This document shows positions 51,859 through 61,200 of a stretch of DNA of 64,000 nucleotides, piece after piece. How positions within the stretch are numbered: the stretch's first letter is position 1; each line of letters opens with the position of its first letter. A program made the translations under genes and the position numbers. Under the pieces are notes generated by a model that saw nothing but the letters and a program-made list of their open reading frames with translations, made no database searches and was not told the DNA's origin. The DNA is taken from contig NC_092675.1 of assembly GCF_964355755.1 (NCBI RefSeq), positions 19,626,912 through 19,690,911 on the forward strand, given 5' to 3'. The DNA comes from Antedon mediterranea (lineage: Eukaryota > Animalia > Echinodermata).

Positions 51859-54569
51859 AATGTTTTTAATAACGATGTTCCTGCCCGCTAAAAATCAAAG
51901 AAAGAAAAGAAGATGCTTTCTGTAGATTACACACTATCGGTTTAGTAAATAAACAGGTTTGAAACGACCTTGTAGAATATTAAGGATGACACCATCTTTA
52001 TACAAACTCATACATGGACCATCTTCACCTTCAAGCGACGTTTTATTATTTGTGTGTAGCGATACCAAACCATAAACTTAAGTTATGACTACTCGCCTAC
52101 ATTTACACTAAGGTGCGTTCCTTATCACGATCATCTCTTAGACAAAATTCTTTACACCCGCTTGAACAAAAAAAAATCAACCAATCTGTTCACAGAAGAG
52201 CATCCTATAAAGTTGTCTCTCGTCACAGCATTCTTGGAGAATGATGAAAATAAAAGAAATGACCAAACACTCACGCTTGCTTTTGATGTTTTATGACAAA
52301 ATATCCCACAATCGGATTTTAGTTAAGAATATCACGAATTTATAGATAATAGCGTGTATTACTCATGCGTCTAGGACATCACACAGATAAAGGTGAAACA
52401 ACATCCATCCATACCACCACAAATTACCACTATACAAATATCCGATTCGCAACTTCCGAGTATAAACTATCGCAATAGTACGAAATAGTTCATGTGGAAG
52501 AATCACCTTCTGGTCTCTGTTAAATGCAAAGCACGTGATTTCAATGGATTATTAATTCGTATTACCATTAGTGCGAACATTACATGTTTTCGTACTTATT
52601 TGTTTAAATGCAGCATTTCCTTCACACAATTGTCTGTATTTACGTACCAAAACAAGTTGTTTTTTCAGTAGTCTGGTTAATGTTTACTTATACATAATTA
52701 ATTAACCATAGGCCTATATTTGGTAAATCCATCCATTAAGCCATACCACCTTATGGAAGAGTCCGAGTTTGGCCTCAAGATGTTCTTATTTATGTAGGCC
52801 TACTTGTTATTCATTTACCAATGTCGGTATTGGAAACGGTTAATGGTTAAACATGGGAAAAGCATCCTTCTGCGAATCCTAACGATTTCGATATTTATAT
52901 ATTATTATCAAATTATTCACAACACTTTTGTGTATATGTTATCTTATGTTATTGCAATGTATCCTCGATATTCTCTATTTTTGTGTGTGTTGATTTCAGC
53001 CTGGGTGTTCTATACTTATGGTACTATAATACAATTTGTAGGCCTATGTCAAGGTTTTCGCTTAAAAACCCCGTGCAATAGACCTACTGGAATTTTTACT
53101 GTTACTGGCGAAAAACCGTGGTATTATCACGTATGAACGAAAGGCATCTGCCAACATTTAGTGAGTCATCGTGTCTTTAGTGCAAGTAAAATTATGTCAT
53201 TTAAGCCTAATTACTGTGATGGACTCTGTCAGGTTTAAGTGGCTAAAACTTAACCAATCCAAAATTGTAAATAAATATTTAGAATTGGCTTACCGATTGA
53301 TTTATTTATCAATTAGCTTATTTTATTACGTGTTTGTGAGATACGGTGTAGTATGTGTGTCAAGGGATAACATGATGTAGGCCTAAGGTAGGCCTACTGA
53401 TATATTTTTTTCTTGATGTTACAGTGTGAATGATCGAGGATCTCGGATAATAGCGAATACGAAATATAAATACAGCAAAATATACAATTATTAATGTAGT
53501 GATAATGTAAAGGATTGTAATAATAATGTTGTCTAGTCTAAACTTCTTCTCACTTTTACTTTTTTTAAATCACAGAAAAGATCACCTCAAACCTGAATCA
53601 TGTGTAAGAATAAATTACGACAGACGTAAAACAAAAAAAACAAAACGAAACTACAACAAGAAGTTACAATTCATTACGTCATTATAAACATGTTTATAAT
53701 GTAAGAAATTCATTTATTTAAAATTGAAAGTTATCTGAATCGCTGTAAAGTAAACTTCATTGGACGCTGAATGGTGGCGCTATGCCTGACATTCAGACAG
53801 CCGAGACAGCCGCGTAGTAAAGACAATTTTACGAGCCTGTTAAAGTTTTTCTTTATGCATTTTTGTAATAGAATAGCCAATGTAATAAACACTGTCACTG
53901 TTTATGAATGTTAAGTTCCAAGATGACACACTATAGATAGACTACCGGTACTTTTGTACTTATACGTTGCGTCCACTAATAATGATCATAAAGCGAAGTA
54001 GATAATATTTTGAAATTCCCCGGAACGCTTGTATTATAAAGTTCAAGTGTGAACTAGATTTCTAGAGTAGTACAATCGGGAGTACAATAATCAATAGGCT
54101 TGAGAGTCTGCTAATTGGTTGTATTTTGGATTATCAATTCATTGGTTGGTTTCGGTGGTCAATAGTCCATGGTAGCCGTCGTGTAATCACAAATATGCGA
54201 AGGAGGAGAAATCAATATAGAACGGTATGGACTTCAGTTACAAGTGTTGGCTGGATTTGTAGGCCTACTTCCGCAAGAGAAGTATTTATTTCAAGGTAAT
54301 AACTTCCAATAAGAAGAAGTATGTATGCCTGCATTAATTTTTTTTTAAAGGTACTACCAAGACAATTTTAACAATCTACAAATAATGTATAAATCGCTAA
54401 AAATTACTGTTAAAATAATACAGCACTATAAAATATGACCTTTGACAAGATCGGCTAAAATTTATAAACTAACTTACGATACTTATTATTGTATATTCAG
54501 GAATAGCCGCCCTATCTCTTTGCTATTTCTTCTTTATACCTGTTTTTATTAGGGAATTTATACTAACAA

Positions 54570-55115
54570 ATATCATTTTTATTAATAATATAGTGTGTAA
54601 AATAATATAGGTTAACCAAACCAAAACGACATGGAATAAACATATTAACTATAACAACGCGGAACATCAATTCTATATAGACTCTTCCACACATAATTAC
54701 ACAATATTCAAACCAGAAACTATGAAAATAATCTGTTGTATTTGCCCAGATGTAACCTCGAAATATACAAACGTAGTTTTGTTTATTATGGAAGTTCACT
54801 CTGGAATGGCCTACCTTATGAATTAAGAAAACAAAACAATTATAACCGTTTTAAATCACTTGTTAAGATTCATTTATTGTTGCCGGTGGTCTAGGATGGT
54901 TCCAGTGAAATATATTTAAATATGGTATAAAAGTATAATAATAATGAGAACATGCATTGAAGTTTAGTTTTAGTTTAAGTTTTAGTTTAAGTTTAGTTTA
55001 AGTTGTTTTCAAATTTTGTTTAAATGTGCCGTAGGGCCCCTCGGAAGAGCAGTTTCATTTTATTACTGAGAGGGCTACCCTACTAAAAGAAAACGAAATA
55101 AATAAATAAATAAAT
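54570..55115 (+). mobile_element. CR1/L2-group (Crack-like) LINE 3' fragment
   Basis: Reads HNIQTRN..LYLPRCNLEIYKRSFVYYGSSLWNGLPYELRKQNNYNRFKSLVKIHLL, then a tagggccc..gggctaccta-type stem-loop and an (AAAT)n tail. The 5' boundary is approximate. Confidence 0.72.
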
Positions 55116-56218
55116 GTAACAAATAAAACACTAATGTAATCAAACATCGTATACTCTATCTCTAACAATTTTTTCAATCGTCTATCGACTAAAGCCGAAG
55201 TATAGTCGTTATCTCGGGACCGTTCTTGGTTACCACCAGGTAGGCTTACTTCATCAAGGCTTCTATGAATGGATGTAGGCCTACTGGTTGGGAGCAGAAA
55301 AATTAGTAGACCATGCCCAGTACCGTTTTGATTACGATCAATCGGGAAATTACCTCACGATGAAATTACAAATTATGGTATTTAATATAACAAAATAGAT
55401 TTAATTAAGGAAAATAACAATATTTACATACGTGTTGCATGGGGAGCGAGCAAGATTTTTAACATTCTTTAATATTTTTTTACTATTTTTAAGAAAATTT
55501 TATTATGTATGTTGTAATGTTTTATGCTGAACCTTTTGAAAAACAACAATTTTACCTTTGTGGGACAACGTTGATATTGTTATCCAGTGGAAATGTTTAT
55601 AAATAAATAAAAAAGATAGTCAGTCGATCGAGATTAACTTATGCATTTTACGCATGCTAACCAGTTACATTTTTCCGTGTCTATGCATAAAGAACAATAT
55701 TTTAAATGGGTGGCTTTTAGGCCTATGTCTCTCATTATATGCATAAGACCTACTGTCTCTCATTATATGCATAAGGCCTACTGTCTCTCATTATAATAGG
55801 TTTACCTGACAAATAAAAACAAGTAGGCCTCGGTTTACGGTAGGCCTACACCAAAAACGTTATATATGATAATGTTTCAATGTTTATGTTGTTAATGTTC
55901 CGCTACAACCATCTTCTAGAGGTTTAGGGCCTAGATATAACAACATTTGAAACATTATTGGTTCATTATATATATGTATATGATCATAAACAAAAAAGCT
56001 TAGCCATGTAGTTTACGTATAGAACTTTATACGCATACCTTGCGCCAGAGTGAATGATCGATCATGTTGCGTATGTGATGACGTACTTTAAGTCTGATTT
56101 CGTATACATTAAAAAATTAGTGTAGATATGCTTTTGTAGTCATGGTATTTTAAATACAATCGACAAAGGAGATTTTTAAAAAGTTGTAAAGTAAAAAGAA
56201 GTCGTTGCTGTTTAATAA

Positions 56219-56926
56219 CTAGTCATAATATAATCCAAACGTCATAGCAACAGCGCATAAACCTTTTCCATAGTAACTTGCCGATGCAAAATTATCGTAG
56301 TTTTCGTCCCAAACGCAACGACTTGCTATCTCAAGATCTTGTCCCATATTAGGACACAACACAATATACACAACCAGTTTATGTCTATGGAAACCAAGAA
56401 GTTTGACTTTATCTTTAACGTGTTCTGTCAAAGTCATCGTCATTGCTGATGCTGTCAATGGATCATATACTTTGCCATTCAATTGCATTTCCAAAATCTG
56501 TTCCAATAACTCTTTAACTTTAGTGACGTTAAATTTTTCGTCTTTTTCTGGCTCCAATTGATACGAGTTCTCTGTTTTATTATATAAATACAGTGGTTTC
56601 CCAGCGTCGATAGAAAACTTCCCCATTGACTGAAAAGAAGCTCGTCTTTCAGGAGAGGCCAAGCGTCCTCTTCCATCCAAGGAGTATCTTCTGGCTGATG
56701 TGGTAGAATCGATGCTACTCCGTCGAGAAGCAGATGTTGCCATTGAGAGTGCTGCATCATTCAAACTATTTCGTCTTAACTGATTGTAAGAAGATGGTCC
56801 GTAGATATTTTTCCCGTTCTTCGTTGCAGTGTCTTTTGTTTGATGTCGGGAAATTGGTTTAGTCACAATATTTTCTTGTATCGTTCCAAGTTGCCGTGCT
56901 GGTTTTGTTTTTTGTGACGCTGCCAT
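56219..56926 (-). CDS. TCTEX1D1: Tctex1 domain-containing dynein light chain (TCTEX1D1/DYNLT5-like), single coding exon, 235 aa
   Basis: Uninterrupted ORF. C-terminal Tctex-1 domain ENSYQLEP..FNVTKVKELLEQILEMQL..Y..VKDKVKLLGFHRHKLVVYIVL..GQDLEIASRCVWDENYDNFASASY..AVAMTFGLYYD, preceded by a Ser/Arg-rich N-terminal extension. The family call is firm; the exact paralog is uncertain. Confidence 0.85.
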   Translation of the reverse strand: MAASQKTKPARQLGTIQENIVTKPISRHQTKDTATKNGKNIYGPSSYNQLRRNSLNDAALSMATSASRRSSIDSTTSARRYSLDGRGRLASPERRASFQSMGKFSIDAGKPLYLYNKTENSYQLEPEKDEKFNVTKVKELLEQILEMQLNGKVYDPLTASAMTMTLTEHVKDKVKLLGFHRHKLVVYIVLCPNMGQDLEIASRCVWDENYDNFASASYYGKGLCAVAMTFGLYYD

Positions 56927-57353
56927 TCCAGATAATCCTAATTGAGCAATCGCAATAAATGGACCCTTTACACTCCTGTTTTATGTTTAAGATGTTCGCA
57001 TGCCAACACCAAGTACTATTTGATCCACAATATATGATCTGATCTAATGTTTCACTGTGTGATTTCAAGAAATCTGGCAATGAATAAACTTTGAAATGTA
57101 AATTTGTCAAACTATCGTTTCATCACAATAGGATTTGGTGGCCAATCACCTTCCGTATGAACCGTTTTGCTTTGTTCCTTCATAATGTTGATCAAAATAC
57201 TCGAGAGTAAGTGTTATAAATTCCAATTGTCAGTTTGTGGACATAACGGTAAGAAGGTCCTTCCACTCTGTTTGGACTTCTCTGTGTTTTTACATAATAA
57301 CATTGTAACTGTGCTAAATACGATTGTGTAGTTAACAGATTATGTCCTTCTGA

Positions 57354-57366
57354 GTTGCCTAACAAC
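57354..57366. promoter_or_regulatory. RFX X-box candidate upstream of the Tctex1-domain gene
   Basis: GTTGCCTAACAAC, one mismatch from GTTGCCTAGCAAC, ~430 bp upstream of the ATG. Confidence 0.5.
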
Positions 57367-58102
57367 GTCGTATACATTTAAAGGAATTACGAATAATAAA
57401 TATTATTAGCCCTAAACAAGGATTAATTGTGTGAATCAGTCGTTGATAAATTAGTGTTGCTTTTAACAGACTGAGTTGTCCGTAGTCCTCCTGTCCATGG
57501 TAGGCCTATGTCACTCAAATGCGAATAAATATTTATCAATTCAAAACCCAGTATATAGCTTATACAGCATAAATAGAGCGTTCACTTCTTACTGTTATCA
57601 CAAAAAAGCACAACCGAGAACAAAACTAGTGTATACTCGTTATATATACAAGTAGGCCTTTGCGCAAATAAAAATTAACAATTTGTTGTTTTTAATGCCA
57701 TAGTTATTTTTTTACCTAATTTGCTTTTTTCGTAACTGTTTTGATGTTCAATTAGATGTAGGTCTATATATTATTTCTGCAATTCAGCTCTTTCTGCAAT
57801 ACTAGTCATAAATATGTTTTATTGATTTATATGTTGAATAAAATATACCAAAATATATAATATAATGGGTAGGCCTACTTGCGAAGTTGAATAGGTACAT
57901 TCCCAGAACGACATGAATGAAACGGTAACACTTATTAGATTCTGGTATTTGTTGTTTAGATAAAGAAAGATTAGATATCTGACTTCAGTATTATATCTAT
58001 TAATATTTTAATAGGTTTTTAAATTTAGTTTATATGGTAACCTTTGTAGGCCTATAATTATTGTGTAGATGCTTACATACGGCGGCCGGAGCTGTAAGCT
58101 GT

Positions 58103-58137
58103 TTCCCCCAGAATGCAATGCACTGTTGCCAAGCGAT
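58103..58137 (+). promoter_or_regulatory. ZNF143/Staf-like site followed by X-box-like site upstream of SPEF2
   Basis: TTCCCCCAGAATGCAATGC, then GTTGCCAAGCGAT (58125-58137), ~105-140 bp upstream of the SPEF2 ATG. Confidence 0.45.
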
Positions 58138-58242
58138 GATAGACAGATCCATTTTTGTATGAACCACCGCTTGTCAAAAGCTTGATATTTTGTATTACAG
58201 ATGATCTAAATAGTGGGTTTATGTGAATTAAATTCATCTACA

Positions 58243-61200
58243 ATGACTGACATATTATGTAAATGGCTGAATGGGTTGAAACTATCGCAAGCCATTGGTA
58301 AGACAGCATTTCTTGCTGGAATTATTTAGGCCTAACAATCTACATTTTACCCGGCCGTCAGAGGCGCTGGCGCTGGCCAGATCGCAGGAGCGGTCATGTG
58401 CTGTAACTAGCCTAGCTAGGCCTAGCTAGCAAGCCTATAGTTAGGGCATAGCTAAACCTAGCGTTGTGTATGACCGACGTGTACTAATCTATCTGGCAGG
58501 TCTACTAGCTAGGCCTAGCCTAGTATTATTAAAAATGTAAAGTAAAGACAGGATGACAGACAGATTATAGGCAGGCCTAATAATAAGGCTAGGCTAGAGC
58601 CTAGGCTGCCTACCTAGCCTAGCCTCTACTAGCTAGTCTAGCTAGGGCCTGGCCCTAGGCTAGCCTAACCAGGGAGGTGATATTTTCACCTCCCTGCCTG
58701 GCCTAACTAGGCCTAGGCCTCCCTAGGTAGGCCTAGGCCTAATTCTTGTTCTGATTCTGCACTGACTCAGCTCAGTATCTCTCCACAACAACATACACAA
58801 ACAGCTCAGTGACTGTCTTCTCTATCCAAAATTTCACCTCACACCATTATTTATAATAGCCTAGGCTAGGCCTGCCTAGAATCTAGGCTTACTTACTGTC
58901 AACCTAGGCATAGAGGCTAGGAGATACATACAGGATGCTACTGTGTCTGTCTGTGACTTTTCCACATGCCTACATGCTAAACTAGGCCTAGCCTAGGTCT
59001 ATTACTGTAGTATTATAATAATTACTTAGTTTTACCATTATTTAGTGTAATTTTTACAAGGCCGTGTTGACATAATAAAGTTGTTTTTATTTTTTATAAT
59101 ACGACAGATAAACATAGTTTTGGTCATCAGTTTGCAACGGGATACATGATTGGTGAAGTATTACAGTGTTATGAACTTCAAAATGACTTCAACCTCTTCT
59201 CTCAGAGCAAGTAAGTTACCGAATTAAAGCCCCATTCCCTACGTTTTTTAGATCTAATTTAAGATCACAAACTATATTTAATGTAAAAATAATACTATAA
59301 TATGGTCCTATTGCGATAACTTTTTTCGTCTTTAAACGGTTAAAAATGTGAAAAATAAGTCGATTCTAATAATTATAGCGGCCCGCTATAAATCCCAAAA
59401 TGCATTGCGCGCGGATTGATATTTTTGTTTTTCACCTGTAATTCGCCCACTTTTCGATCGATCGTGAGGCCAAAACAAATGGAAGACTCCTAACTTTTCA
59501 GCGAAAATACCGGGTTTTCCCCAATTTGTATCAACGGAGTCTGGCAAAAATAGAAAGACAATTAATGCAGCAACTATACAACGTCAGGCTAGGTATATAG
59601 CTCGCGTACGATGTTCGTACGTTACCGATGTTTACCAGCTAGGCCTACAAAACTAAGCCTAGCTAGGCTAGGCCTTAGACCGTCCACGAGAGGTCGATCG
59701 CCGCGAGCTACTTAGGTAGTGCATTGTTTCTCACTTTTTATCATAATTTACCATAAAACGTACATTTAAGACAAGAAATGACATAGTTTAATGTTTTTAA
59801 AGTGATATATATGTATAATTTTCCAAAAAACGTCCAAAATTGCAGGGAAGGGGTCTTTAAATTAATATTAATTTTTATTCATTTTTAGTTGCTGAATTGT
59901 ACTGTAATTATTTTTACTGTATTCATTTAAAATAATAATTTTATTTATCATTGCATTATTGTATTATCAATCAACAATTCTATGATTTGTACTTTGTAGT
60001 GTTTTCAACTTTAGTGTTCAAACCATTTATATTCTTCTAGGACTGCTGATTCAAAGCTCAATAATTTTACACGGTTGGAACCAACGTTAAAGTTGCTTGG
60101 AATTGCGTTCAACACAAATATTGCACATTCTATAATGACAGAGGAACATGGATGTGCCACTCGTCTTCTCTACCAACTGTACATTGCACTAAACAATAAA
60201 AAGGAGGCCAAGTTGACGGGTGTGGCTATGGAAACTATGAGACCCAGAGCTCCAGTCAAACTAGAAGCAATGGAACGTGTACCTTATAAGGAGGTGATGA
60301 TTTTTTTTTTAAGCTCCAAATTATTACAACATTTTGTGTGTGTGAGCTAAAAGGCTCTTTTTCAAGATAAATATTGTAAAACCAAGAAAGTCAATTTGAA
60401 TTCTATGTAAAATAACAATTTTTAATTCATCAAACGTAATGTTTTCTTTACCACATTACAACATATTCTCTGGCCTTTCTTTTGGTAATGAATTCTAAAA
60501 AAAAGTGAGAGAGAAAGCCAAACACTATGTCACTGTATATTTAGCCCTTTGTTTAGTTATTTATTGGACCGAGAACTCCATACCATAAATAATAATAATA
60601 ATACTGTTTAAATTTGATTGTGTTATGTTTTTTTTCCCAGCGCTTGACCTTGCTAACACCAAGGCAGACTGACACAAATTTAAATCAACTAGTAGATCGA
60701 TTCAGAGAACGAAAAAAGCAACATCTTGACATTGAATTCCGCACAAAATTTGAAGAGGAAGAGAATTTAAGAAAATGGCAACAAGAGCAAAGAATGCGGG
60801 AACTGCAGAAGGCAGCAGATGCTAGACAGAAACAGACAGAATTAGTGGCTAGAATCAGGTAATTCATTATTTCCTTAACCTTTACACTAATTAATCAAAA
60901 TTGTATCCAACTTTGAACATTACCATGTACAGTTTCGAAAGAACACCCACCCCCTCCCCCACTAAATAATCTCAACAAGGAGCCCATTTCAAAAAGAATA
61001 CCACACCAGAGTCCTTATAAAAATACCATGGGCTTCTTTTTGATGTTTTACCGTATGTCATTGAGCTATTAAATACTGTACAACATTCAGGTTTTCATTA
61101 CTCATTCGAGTGTTCATATTCATGTTGTTTCTGTTATTATTTAAATAGCAGTTCAAGAAGTTGTAAGAGGTATGTATTATTTGGCTTACACTGTAGAAGG

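Noticed and set aside
55722-55795. Short ~29-bp triple tandem repeat (cctactgtctctcattatatgcataag)
   Set aside because: Ordinary local slippage duplication with no sign of function.
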